Positions 26,005-38,073 of a DNA stretch of 64,000 nucleotides are shown here, piece by piece. Where the stretch lies: positions 156,550,001-156,614,000 of the forward strand of contig NC_042997.1 of NCBI RefSeq assembly GCF_006345805.1, read 5' to 3'. This DNA comes from Octopus sinensis (Eukaryota). The notes beneath the pieces were generated by a model, which worked only from the letters and a program-made list of their open reading frames with translations, did not search any database and was not told where the DNA came from. The position numbers and the translations under genes are program-made. Numbering within the stretch: the first letter of the stretch is position 1; the number at the start of each line of letters is the position of its first letter.

Positions 26005-26073
26005 TTAACGATTGGACTTGGCTACTCGTTCCAGTTCATCTTTCTTCTTGATAGCATAAGAATTTGATGATCC
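26005..26073 (-). CDS. RPS5: RPS5 terminal coding exon
   Basis: GSSNSYAIKKKDELERVAKSNR then TAA; spliced CDS 108+210+228+69=615 nt = 204 aa + stop. Confidence 0.98.
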   Translation of the reverse strand, partial: GSSNSYAIKKKDELERVAKSNR

Positions 26074-26707
26074 CTGAAAATAGATTTTAAGAAAGAGATA
26101 AACAATGCTGAATACAAAAACAGAAAATTACGCAGCGAAATGAAATGCAAATTACAAAATTCAATCAAATATCACAATTTTTATATAAACTTTAGGAATT
26201 TATAGCTCCAAGAGAGAAACACTCTCTACTAACTGGGAGGCAATTAATGTTTGGCCATCATTGATAAAAATGTTTATAGCTGAATCAGCATCTAACAAGC
26301 TTCTAAACATCCTATTTCACAGACATAGCACGAGCTGACTTGAAGCAATGGGTATAAAACTTCCTCATTATGTTTAGCAGCAGGATCAAAAATGGAAGCC
26401 CATAATTGCTAAGCAAACTTCTGAGCCACTCAGCCATGCTAATTTCAACTATGCAAGTTAAGTTAGACATCCATCACTAACATAGATGAAATGAATTGGA
26501 GACCAGTTTGTGCAAAATCTGGCGAAAGCAAAATAAAATAATATATAGGACGGAAAATAATGGTGTAAATAGTTTCTAACTAAAAATAAGGGTTAATCAA
26601 TTCAAGTATGCCAGAAAATAAAAGTGATTTTTATAACTCAAATTGGCTTTGTTCAAATAAGTGTTAAATTATGAATGAGGTGAAAGATGAGCCATTTTGT
26701 GGCATTA

Positions 26708-26956
<249 letters not shown>

Positions 26957-28250
26957 TCAGCATTCTATGTTTAGTTTCATTGTCAAGTAAAGCTTTATAT
27001 GAACTTAGCACGCCAAACATGAAGATATCTATAAATTAATTAAAAGATAAGTCTAATTCTGTTTACCAATAAACCTAAGATTTCTTTCTTTGAAAAATAT
27101 GAAAGTAGTAAATGAATTGTCCCTGATTAAATTGGTAATGAAATACAAGTTCCAAGTAAATTGTCTATAATCACTTTCTAAATTATTCTCATATTGCATG
27201 ATCTTCACATGTCCTCCCTAACCAAAGAAACCAATATTTAGCCTAAACTTCTACAGTGTTCATACAAAAATCATGAATAGGAAGGACTAGGGTTCTCAAA
27301 AGGATACGATTTCACAAGATGTTTAGTAAGAGGCTGTGAGGGGGAGAAAAACCCCCCAGAAAAACCAGGTAGTTTGGAGCTTGACATTTTGGAAGTACAG
27401 AAGCCACTACAGCAGAAGTCAGTTAAAGAAAATACATTAATTGATTTACAGTTGTGATATGAGTGGTCTTTAATGTCTGCATGTCTAGCAGCATTATTGC
27501 CTAAGACATGTGAATAGTACATCAACATGGGTTCAACTCATCATCACCATCATTTAACATGTTTTTCATACTGGCATGGTGTGGTTCCAGATAGCCCATT
27601 AATATAAAGGGAACAATCACAAGGACTGAACAACATTACTTTTGCAACAAAGAAAAACCTTGTGATGATGGCAAAATGCAGATCTTCTGAAGATATATGG
27701 CTCTTCTAATAGTCACCTTCAAAGAGACTGAGATATGGTTGAGACAGTGAGAGCAAAGAGGTAGTTGGCAGAATAGAAGTTGCACTTATGAAAGACCCTG
27801 AAATAAAAAAGATTTAGTCATCCACAATCTCCACCAATTGTGCTATAACACTGGACAATCTCCACTTCCAAACTGCAGGTATCTCATGAATCTAGTTGCT
27901 AATTATCATATGCACTCTATCAATATGATTAAAACATGTAAAAGGTAAAATTAATAACACAAGCTACAATTCTGTCAATTCCCCCATAACTGGATTCAAT
28001 ATGGGTTTCTGCCAATGAAGATTGCATGCACATACCTGGTTATCATAAACCAATCTTTAGCTAGATTATTTCTCACACAACCATCAAGTTCAATGGACTA
28101 TCCATTAATGGAAGACCAAAATAATGAATTCAAAATACAAGACCATTTTTCATATACTTTAGCAAGAACCTAATTATTGTAACTATATACAAATTAGAAC
28201 AATTTACGAAAAAATTAATGGATTTATATTATATTAAAAGCTTTACTTAC

Positions 28251-28460
28251 ATCTCCTGTAAGTAAATTAATGATTTCAAAAGCATGCTTTACTACACGCA
28301 TTGTCATCAGTTTTTTGCCATTGTTACGTCCATGCATCATAAGAGAACAAACCAATCTCTCAACAATTGGACACTGAGCCTTACGGAACCTTTTCAATTG
28401 GTATCTGCCAGCACTATGGGGTAAATATTTAGAATATTTTTCCTTCACAGCAATGTAATC
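28251..28460 (-). CDS. RPS5: RPS5 coding exon 2
   Basis: [70 protein letters not shown]; AG/GT boundaries; 210 nt, phase 0. Confidence 0.98.
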
Positions 28461-29041
28461 CTTGAAAAGAAAAGAAAATCACGTATTACATAGGTGCTCA
28501 AAAAATTATAAAACACAACTTTAAACAACGTATAAAGATGATAACACTGTATTAATTTCGTTTCAGAAATAATTTTTGAATTTCATAAAGAAAAAAATTA
28601 CAATGTTAGCCATCACATACAAATACAATCAGTCTTTATTTGGCATAAGATAACTGTACAACATTAAAGAATATAGGAAAATTTGCTATGAAACTTATCA
28701 AGTCAACCATCTGATTGCAGTGGAAATAAATCATCCTTTCTTAACATGATTAGTGACAGAAATTTATAAGAGCTGGACTTTTGATAGTACTAATTGATTC
28801 AAAACAGGAATTTTGTTAATTTTTATATGATTATAGTTCACGCTTTAACTTCATATTAATGTCACTGGGCTTATGGTGGTGGGGCAAAGAATAATAGGAC
28901 CAAGTTTGGAAGTTTATTTCCCTTCATCTATTAAATGAAAGAAATTAACAAGAATGATGTTTGACTACATTATTTATTTAGCAGATTACAAGTTTATATT
29001 TCTTGATTAGAACCAATTGTCAGTAATACTATTACACTTAC

Positions 29042-29149
29042 AGTCAAACTGATATCATTAACTTGCACATCGTCTGGAGACCATTTTCCAAACAGTTTGA
29101 TTTCTGGCAGTTCAGGCGCCGGTGCAGCTTCAGCATCCCAGTTTTCCAT
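29042..29149 (-). CDS. RPS5: RPS5 coding exon 1 (gene exon 2)
   Basis: ATG at 29149; translates [36 protein letters not shown] (uS7 N-terminus); tttcag acceptor at 29159-29164 and gtaag donor at 29041; 108 nt. Confidence 0.97.
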
Positions 29150-31345
29150 GATGGGTTTCTGAAATTAAATATGGGTTCAATTAGGTTACTTTCATTAATA
29201 ATCAATGTAATCGGAGAAATGTTAACTAAACCTAAACTAGTATAGCTAACAACATTATACTGGTGCGTAATGTTGCAATATTGGAATTCAGTTCTAAATC
29301 AAGGGTGAAATGATGAAAACTGTCGAAATTACGAACGAAGCTATTGGAATTGTCCTAGGCTGTGAATTGTTTACTCAACAAAGAATCTTTCAAACACGAA
29401 TATTGTTAGTGAATATTGCATGAAATAAAAATTCATACAATGCGATCCTGTTAAAAACTACAATTTCCTTACTGCTGTAGATAGTTACAAATTAAGATGC
29501 TGCAAAGTATAAAGGTAGAAGAAAAGTATTCTATATGAGCCACACTTTCAACTGAATAAATATTTATATCAATACACAACTGTTTTTGTGTAAGAATACT
29601 TAAACTTGTCTCTTTCGAGATAATACAATCTTTATTAAAATTTTTTTTATATATAAAAACTATAATTTTGTTTATTTCGAAGAAATTAGTGTCGTTATGT
29701 TTGTATTTTCATATTTTTGCGACAATACTTTCTTTCATTTCTTTTATTTAAGCTTGCAGAATGCTTTCATTATCTCCCCCGTATTTTGCGAAATGTAAGA
29801 CGGGACCCCAATATTAACGATCTTATCTTTAATATATACACACAAACATTTAATCTCTACTTTTTCACGCTCCCATGGGTCACACAGAATTAGAGACATA
29901 TTCTACACCTAGATGTGCTTCATGACGGCAACCCTCACTTGTTTCTAAGCAAGATAATATTTCCCCATGGCCTGAAGTTTTTTTTTTTCTTGCACAATTA
30001 TGGAAACAAACCTAGTCCGTATGACGGCTGCTCATTTCAAGCCTCACGCGATGTCTAGACAAAGATACACACAAGCTTCCATTCAGTTTCCGTCATCAAA
30101 TCCATTTACAATGGTTTGGTTGGCCAGGAACTATAGAAGACACTTGCAAGCCGTGCAGAATGAACCCACATGGTTGAGAAGCTTCTTAACCACATCTGCA
30201 CCCACAACACACTTTTTTCAAGATTTAGTAATTGAAATGAAGTTACGCTGTAGGACTGTCTTCAAGTGTTTTAGTCATATCGACCCCTAAGTAATTCGCC
30301 AGGTTTGACTTTATCGGACAATCCTTCATATCGAAAACCAATATGAAAATACAAACATAACGTCACTAATTTCTCGAAATAAACAAAATTATAGTTTTTA
30401 ATAAAGACTGTATTGTTTGGCTATGAGGTTCTTACCAGCAATGCTTATTTTATCTCGAAAGAGACAAGTTTAAGTATTCTTATGCAAACTTTACTGAAAC
30501 TCGTGTTTGTATTTTCGTTGAATTTACAAAGAAATACCTTTAAGCAAATGACGGGCAGAGGTAAAGAATACATACATCGCCCGTTTTCGGCGTAACAAAA
30601 ACCGTAATCCTAAACACCGGGTGTATTTACGCAGATTTAAGTCCCTTTAAAGTTCCATTATGGACTTAAACCACATGGTATTTACAGCGACATGGATTTT
30701 CGGAAGAACCGTGCCTTTCAAGGAACATCCGAAGTTTTTTTTGTTTGGGGGGGGGGGACTGAGGTACATGCCTATTCAGGATTACGAACTTTAGTGATCA
30801 AAGAGAAAATTTCACTTTCGAAAAAAAAAAAAAATTACAATATTTTTAAAAAATCGAGATTCCATTAGACATTAAAATATATCCCAATATATATTATTGG
30901 GACTAAAAATTAATACGTGTTCCTCATTTTTTAATTACTTTTTCTTAGGCGCTATGTATCGGCAATTTAACCGGTACTAGAGGATTTACAAATGTAAATT
31001 ATTCAATTTTAGACAATACGATTCTCCAAAAATTAAATGGAATAACTGCAATTTATTTCCCATATTGTATTTTTTAAATTCAATTATAAAGAGGGTGATA
31101 TTTATTAAAAGGATATGAAAAATTATGGGGAATCAGGTTGTTACGAGCGAGACACGAGTTAACCACGTTTACTTAATTCTCATATCTGGAATCCGCGTAT
31201 CCTAATACAGCAAATAGATATCATATCTACAAATAATTGTAAAAGCAAAGCTATACTAAATAAAATCGACCTTAGATTATAGCCTAATCTTATCGTTCAA
31301 AAAGAATTGCTTTTGCAGTTTTCAGCTTTTTTGAGAAGGTTGGGG

Positions 31346-31359
31346 CAACATGGCGCCAT
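31346..31359. promoter_or_regulatory. YY1-like site in RPS5 intron 1
   Basis: CAACATGGCGCCAT containing palindromic ATGGCGCCAT, about 190 bp into intron 1. Confidence 0.4.
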
Positions 31360-31549
31360 CGGTGACAAATAAGCGTGATATTTTTTACCATTTTATCTTA
31401 TATTTTAACAAGATATGACTATACAAATAGTCTAAATTAGTAAATAAGTTTAAAATAGATTAATATGTAATCATTTAAACAGACTTAAAATAATTATAAC
31501 AAGTAAAAATCAATTTAAATGAGCCAGCAACATTCCACGTGAGACTTAC

Positions 31550-31576
31550 TTGCACACAGGATAATCCAAAAAGAGG
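31550..31576 (-). other. RPS5: RPS5 non-coding first exon with TCT initiator / 5'TOP tract
   Basis: Minus strand reads CCTCTTTTTGGATTATCCTGTGTGCAA followed by gtaagt donor; a short pyrimidine-start non-coding exon 1 is typical of ribosomal protein genes. Confidence 0.75.
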
Positions 31577-31650
31577 CTAGTTTCAAGTCTCGTTTGTAAA
31601 ACTTTATTAGCAAAATCTCGTTTATTCTCGTGAATAGTAACGAGACCGGA

Positions 31651-31658
31651 CCGGAAGT
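31651..31658 (+). promoter_or_regulatory. ETS/GABP-type site upstream of RPS5 TSS
   Basis: CCGGAAGT about 75 bp upstream of the TCT motif. Confidence 0.5.
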
Positions 31659-31975
31659 ACTTGATTCCTTTACGTAAACATCGTTAGAAGTTTGCTTCTT
31701 CCTTTCTACTTGATGTATTTAACTTAAACAAAAAGGAAAACCATATTTATGCTGATATTATAGTTATTTCCACAGTATAACAACACAATTTATTTGAAAT
31801 AATTAGTTGTGAAATCTATATCTTTTACTTGTTTCAGTCATTGGTCCGCAGCTACCGCGGGGCACCGCCTTGAACTGTTTTGTCGAACAAATCGACATCA
31901 AAACTTACTTTTTAAAGTTTGGTATTTATTGTATCGGTCTTTGTTGCCGAGCAGCTAAGTTACGGGGACTTAAGC

Positions 31976-32393
31976 GGTACTATTTAAGAAGAGTGGTCCC
32001 GGTGCGCGCACTCGCGCTAGCTAGTCGTGACTAGTGGATCCTTACTTTGTGTTTTTGTGTTTTATTTACTTTGCGAGGTAGTCGTTGTAGGATTGACTAC
32101 TGACGACTAGCTAGCGCGCACCGGGACCACTCTTCTTAAATAGTACCTATTTCTTTACTACCCACAAGGGGCTAAACATAGAGAGGACAAACAAGGACAG
32201 TCAAAGGGATTAAGTCGATTACATTGACTCCAGTGCATAACTGGTACTTAATTTATCAACCCCGAAAGGATGAAAGGTAAAGTCGACCTCGGCGGAATTT
32301 GAACTCAGAACGTAGCGGCAGACGAAATACGGTTACGCATTTCGCCCGGCGTGCTAACGAATCTGCCAGCTCGCCGCCTTCTTAAATAGTACC
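31976..32393. mobile_element. Palindromic MITE with GG..CC ends and 9-bp TSD, interrupted by a SINE
   Basis: About 34-bp TIR ggtactatttaagaagagtggtcccggtgcgcgc; TSD gacttaagc (31967-31975) / gacgtaagc (32394-32402); host is a family-A SINE. Confidence 0.75.
32148..32377 (-). mobile_element. SINE family B inserted in the MITE right TIR
   Basis: 16-bp TSD cttcttaaatagtacc at 32132-32147 and 32378-32393; Deu-like core ctttcatcctttcggggttgataaattaagtaccag. Confidence 0.85.
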
Positions 32394-32459
32394 GACGTAA
32401 GCAAACCAATACCAGTTGTCAAATGGTGATAAAGGGAAGGTCTTTCAAAATGTGACCTC

Positions 32460-32660
32460 GTGTGTACCGTTGGCGATATTTTTCCTCTTTCTTCCCTTCT
32501 CGGGATCTTTCTTTCTCCTATGTTTCCGACGAAGAGCTCCGCTCGAAACGTTAAACCCTCCTTCTTTCCTGAGCGTCCAATAATACTATATTTGTTCCAC
32601 GTTCTCGCGTTGTTGTGTTTTTTTTGTGTTTTCTTGTTTGGATTAACTATATATATATAT
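32460..32660 (+). mobile_element. Penelope-type terminal repeat with hammerhead motif (32522-32556)
   Basis: gttt-CCGACGA-A-GAGC tcc GCTC-GAA-ACGT-T-aaac; ends in (TA)n. Confidence 0.65.
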
Positions 32661-33337
32661 ATATGTGTGTATTTATATATATAATGCTTCCTCACTTTCC
32701 GTCTACCAAATTCATTCATTCATAAGTTATTAATCGGCCCATAACTGTAGTAGAGGACACAAGGTGCTGCGCAGTGAGATTGAACCTCAAACAACGTGAC
32801 TGCAAAGCAAGCTTCTTAACCGCATGCGCACACACACATTCGCTAACAAATATACATGCCATAATGTGTTTCTGGGCGGAGGTAAAGATCATGGACTGCA
32901 CCCACTTTTCGAATTTTGTTTTGTTTGTTAGTTTGTCTTCTTTTTTACAGGCACACACTATATCGAGTGCGGAGATTCCGATTCTGCAAAAAAATCTGCA
33001 TTTCAAAATTTAAATCCCCCCCCTCCCTGAATTTCTTAAATTTTCGCTTTTTAAAAAAAAATTTCTTTGGCGAAATACATATTTCTAGCATGTGGATAGC
33101 CTGCTTGAAGGCCTGAGTTTTTTATTTTTTATTTTATTTTTTTTTTGAAAATTGAAATTTTACAAACTTTTTTCCCCAAATCGTAATCTTCGTATTTTTC
33201 TATGTATTTCTAAAAAAAAATTCCGGAAAAATTGAAAAATGAGGTGGGGTGGGGGTGGGGCCTAATTGAAATTTTGAGAATGCGATTTTTGAAAAAAATT
33301 TTTTCGGATCTTTCGGGAAAAAAAATCGGTTAATATA

Positions 33338-35244
33338 GGGCGTTACGATTATCAGAAAATCAAAAAAAAATGTGTGTAATAGGTGTAAAACAACTTCCTA
33401 TGAACGAATATGAAAAAAAAAATTCGCGCACGCGAAAGGGGGGTGGGGGAGAGGCCTCGGAAAATTCACATCGGGAAGTTCCGAAAGCGTCTGAGGGGCT
33501 GACCCGGGCACCAAAACAAAAAAAAATAGTGTAATATGTGTAAAACAACTTGCTCTAAACGAATATGACAAAAAAAATGCGCTCTCGCGAAAGAGGGGTG
33601 GGGGAGAGGCCTCGGAAAATTTATATCGGGAATTTCCGAAAGCGTCTGAACCGGGCACAAAAACAAAAACAGCGTAATAGGTGTAAAACAACTTGCTCTA
33701 AACGACTATCATGAAAAAAATGCGCGCTCACGAAAGGGGGGTGGGGGAGAGGCTTCGGAAATTTCACATCTTCAGTCCACGGCCTTTAAACTAAGAAAAA
33801 ATAGTGTAATTGGTGTAAAACTACTTGTTCTAAACGAGTATCAAGAACACACACTCACACATGAATCATAAAATCATATTTCGCAAAAAAAAAAAAAATA
33901 AAGAGAAGAAATTCTGGAAAAAGTGAAGAAATGTTGGATCTCCGCCATGTGAATCAAAATACGTGTCAGAAACATCTTGAAATACTACAGAAATTATGTT
34001 ACGAAAATGATAATGTATACATACCTCTTTCAGTGGTCCATCGATAATGATGATAAAGAAATGAGTTGGATTCGAACTCAGAATATTGACTAACACAACT
34101 ACATACTACAAGACTCAAAATATTCAGCCAAGTCACCACCCTTTAACTAGCAATAATAATAACATCAATAACATAACAGCCAAAAGATTTATTTGTTCTG
34201 AAAATAACAATCATAGTAAATAAATATGTTCTTTAATATTCACATTCATGTGCACAGTTAAACACACTTACATACAAACAGTCACGCATGCATAATACAG
34301 AACGGAACACATAAATGAAGGATGCATTACTTAGTATATATTACATCTAGAGAATTTTGTTTAATAAGTCAAATATGCAAATTATAAAGATAATTAATTG
34401 CTTTACTAAACAGTGTTGTAAAGGTGAAAAAATAAATTTGGGAAAAAAATACACGCCAAAACTAATTAATAAAGGATAATTAGGGAAGGATTGACACAAA
34501 ATAATAATTTTTTCTGTCTCTTTTTTTCTGATAAATGCATCTTAATAAGTGAGAAGAATTGCATATATCTGAACTATTTCAAAGAAAAGCATAAATTTAA
34601 TGTTTAAAATAGCTTTAACCAAGGAATGAGATCCAACATTTCTTCACTTTTTCCAGAATTTCTTCTCTTTATTATTTTTTTTTTTTTGCGAAATATGTAC
34701 AAAATACGGAGTTTATGATTCATGTGTGAGTGTGTGTTCTTGATACTCGTTTAGAACAAGTAGTTTTACACCAATTACACTATTTTTTCTTAGTTTAAAG
34801 GCCGTGGACTGAAGATGTGAAATTTCCGAAGCCTCTCCCCCACCCCCCTTTCGTGAGCGCGCATTTTTTTCATGATAGTCGTTTAGAGCAAGTTGTTTTA
34901 CACCTATTACGCTGTTTTTGTTTTTGTGCCCGGTTCAGACGCTTTCGGAAATTCCCGATATAAATTTTCCGAGGCCTCTCCCCCACCCCTCTTTCGCGAG
35001 AGCGCATTTTTTTTGTCATATTCGTTTAGAGCAAGTTGTTTTACACATATTACACTATTTTTTTTTGTTTTGGTGCCCGGGTCAGCCCCTCAGACGCTTT
35101 CGGAACTTCCCGATGTGAATTTTCCGAGGCCTCTCCCCCACCCCCCTTTCGCGTGCGCGAATTTTTTTTTCATATTCGTTCATAGGAAGTTGTTTTACAC
35201 CTATTACACACATTTTTTTTTTTTTTCTGATAATCGTAACGCCC
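33338..35244. mobile_element. Foldback-type element with about 600-bp near-identical inverted arms containing tandem subrepeats
   Basis: Arms about 33338-33943 and 34628-35244; ORF-track translations from both arms are identical over about 95 aa; termini GGGCGTTACG / CGTAACGCCC flanked by TATA. Confidence 0.8.
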
Positions 35245-35455
35245 TATATATATACATATATCCATTTTACCGAAAGTTATGACGGAAAAATGAAGTATGC
35301 AAAAAATTAGGAAGATTCATCTATTTTTAAATATTTTATACTAAAAAACAAAACACGGAAAATAGGCATTCGCAAATATAAACAAACATATCGGACGATA
35401 CAAGGGGAGATAACTTACTTTTACCAGTCAGATATTAATGATACGAGGGGTCCGA

Positions 35456-35686
35456 CAAGGCGGCGAGCTGGCAGAAACGTTAGCACGCCGGGCGAAATGC
35501 GTAGCCGTATTTCGTCTGCCGTTTCGTTCTGAGTTCAAATTCCGCCGAGGTCGACTTTGCCTTTCATCCCTTCGGGGTCGATTAAATAAGTACCAGTTAC
35601 GCATTGAGGTCGATATAATCGACTTAATCCGTTTGTCTGTCCTTGTTTAACCCCTTGTGGGTAGTAAAGAAATAAATATCGTCTGC
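35456..35686 (+). mobile_element. SINE family B, CpG-intact copy
   Basis: caaggcggcgagctggcagaaacgttagcacgccggg...gagttcaaattccgccgaggtcgac... Confidence 0.85.
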
Positions 35687-35749
35687 GAATTATAAGACCG
35701 TTTCACAATCTTTTTCTTAAAATTCAGTTTATAACTAATACATACTATT

Positions 35750-35970
35750 ATGTCAAATTTTGTGTCTGAACGTGGAATTTTTAATGCTATTACCTTTTTT
35801 CGTCTCGGAACGGAAAAGGCCATTGACTGGTGTAGAAAGTTTGGATTATTATCAAGACAAGAAATCTGTTGTGGAGTGCCTTGCGTTAGTGGAAGTTATT
35901 CCCGTTCAATTGATCGAATAACTTGGAGATGTGCTGTTTGCCGCAAAACTATAAACGTACGGAAAAGCTC
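35750..35970 (+). mobile_element. Merlin/ISXO2-like transposase N-terminal zinc-ribbon fragment
   Basis: AIDWCRKFGLLSRQEICCGVPC...DRITWRCAVCRKTINVRKSS matches the GLL..C..C...W.C..C...S.R pattern; no DDE domain follows. Confidence 0.6.
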
Positions 35971-36425
35971 GTCTAAGATCATATATCTACATGGTCAGAT
36001 TTGAACAAAATACTACAAAATATATACTGACCACAGTACTTACATAGCACTTTATTTTGTCTTCTTGTCGATTCACTCTCCCCTCCAATTCTGGAAAAGA
36101 TTACATGCTAAAATTAAAAAACCTCGGAATAGGTTTCAAAATAATTGTTATTGGCAAAAATCTTTTGCATTAGAATATTGTTCCTAGAATTTTTATAAAG
36201 AACATATTTTTAATCCATGTACAGCATTTTGAAATTACTTTCATTAATTAAAGGTACTTTAAACAGTGGTGATTAAAAGATATAAATGAAAGAAGTTTTA
36301 TTGAAACAATAATTCTCAATTACATATGACATAAATTAGAAAAAAAAAACTGAACTAGAAAAATGGTCGAAACCAAGAACACAAGTGAAAAAGTTACAAA
36401 ACAATAAAACACACACAGAAACATA

Positions 36426-36736
36426 ATGGCCCAGGCAAACATTCCCTCCATCTTGGAACCAGCTGGATTGTCCAGATGTGATAGGAAAAGACCTGATGGC
36501 CTCACTTGTGCCCCTGATCGAGAGGCAGATGCCTTGTCTGGGACGTTACAGTTACCGACTTCTTTGCTTCATCTCACATCCTGGATGCTGTAGTCAGGGC
36601 GAGATCCACAGCTTCTGCGGCCGAGCGGGACAAAATCCTGAAGTACCGCAATCTGTCGCCCAATTACATTTTTTATCCTGTGGCGTTCGAGACGTTTGGT
36701 GGGGTCGGACCACTGCCTGCAAGATTCCTGTCTTGA
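36426..36736 (+). mobile_element. CRE-clade non-LTR retrotransposon, C-terminal restriction-like endonuclease fragment
   Basis: IPSILEPAGLSRCDRKRPDGLT / frameshift / GRCLVWDVTVTD...AERDKILKYRNLSPNYIFYPVAFETFG. Confidence 0.75.
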
Positions 36737-36761
36737 CAAGGCCTCCTTTTGTACCACGCCC

Positions 36762-36900
36762 GGATCTCTTCGGTTTGAACGGCAGTTTTTTTAAATAATT
36801 TCTATGTAATTAAACACTTTTAAACTTCGTATACTGGTAGAATGTGTTTATAAAACATCTTTTTCTCTTGGTTTTCTTGAGAAAATTCTGTAGTTTGTAA
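36762..36900 (+). mobile_element. One arm of the GGATC-terminal MITE family
   Basis: ggatctcttcggtttgaacggca...aaacacttttaaacttcgtatactggtagaatgtg, similar to 38074-38200. Confidence 0.6.
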
Positions 36901-37261
36901 GATATTTTCTTCAATTATTACCGTGACTTTTTTACTTGGACTCCTCAAATTAGAGAGATGTATAAATTGGGTTGGTACTTTATTTTATCAATCCAGAAAG
37001 TTGAAAGACAAAGTAGACTCCAAACCCAGGCTGGCAAGGACAACTCGGGCGTTTTTATCTGATGCACTACTTATGATTTTTAACTTAAGAACAAGCTTCA
37101 AATTTTAACGGTAATTATAAGTCATTTAGATTAACCGCTGTTCCTCATTAATGCAAAATTGACGCCAAAATGATGAAGAGCAAAGCTGATCCTGTATAAG
37201 ATTTGAAACCATAATTAAAGATGTCAATTCACTGTTCTTGTACACATTGATATTCTTTTCT

Positions 37262-37688
37262 ACTCTAGGCACAAGGACCAAAAATTTTTTGGGAAGGGGG
37301 TCAGTCGATTAGATCGACTCCAGCACGCAACTGGTACTTAATTTATCCATCACGAAAGGATGAAAGGCAAAGTCGGCCTTGGCGGAATTTGAACTTAGAA
37401 CGTAAAGACAGACGAAATACCAATTTCTTTACTACCCACAAGGCGCTAAACACAGAGAGGACAAACAAGGACAGACAAACGGATTTAGTCGATTATATCG
37501 ACTCTAGAGCATAACTGGTACTTATTTAATCGACCCCCGAAAAGATGAAAGGCAAAGTCGACCTCGGCGGAATTTGAACTCATAACGTAGCGGCAGACGA
37601 AGTACCTATTTCTTTACTACCCACAAGCGGCGGACGAAATACCACAAAGCATTTCGCCCGGCGTGCTAACGTTTCTGCCAGCTCACCG
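37262..37688 (-). mobile_element. Head-to-tail array of family-B SINE units
   Basis: Repeated Deu-like core; junctions gacgaaatacc-aatttctttac (37411) and gacgaagtacc-tatttctttac (37596). Confidence 0.8.
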
Positions 37689-38073
37689 ACATCTTGCACA
37701 TATTGATATTAGAAGATAGAAATACTGCAAAAGATGTAGATTAAAAACGAGAAAATAGAGAAACTACAGGGAAAAGCGGAGTTAGCTCCCCTGAACATAA
37801 ACACTTTTGTATATGACGATTGATTTATATATTTCTAGTAACTCTAAACCTCCAGTGTTTTTCTCCTAATTCTTATGGCAAGCCTTGTTGTTCAGCCCCC
37901 TTTTTTGTTTCCGAGATCCCCCACCCCATTTCCCGGAATTATTGGAATTTTTTTTTGTTTTTTGTAGCATATTAGGATATGCTACAAAACCCTTTTTGGG
38001 GGTCCAGAAAACGGGGTGGGGTGGGACAAAACTCTCGAAAATTCACTTCCACCCCCATTTTCAAATCCTTTTT

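Noticed and set aside
26270-26460. H/ACA snoRNA candidates in RPS5 intron 4 (ttagca/tgctaa stem followed by ACA)
   Set aside because: No H box at the hinge and no convincing first hairpin or pseudouridylation pocket
30610-30632. ATACACCCGG match to my recollection of the U17/SNORA73 5' end
   Set aside because: Downstream AUAUUCCUA and AAACCAU motifs and the ACA box are absent
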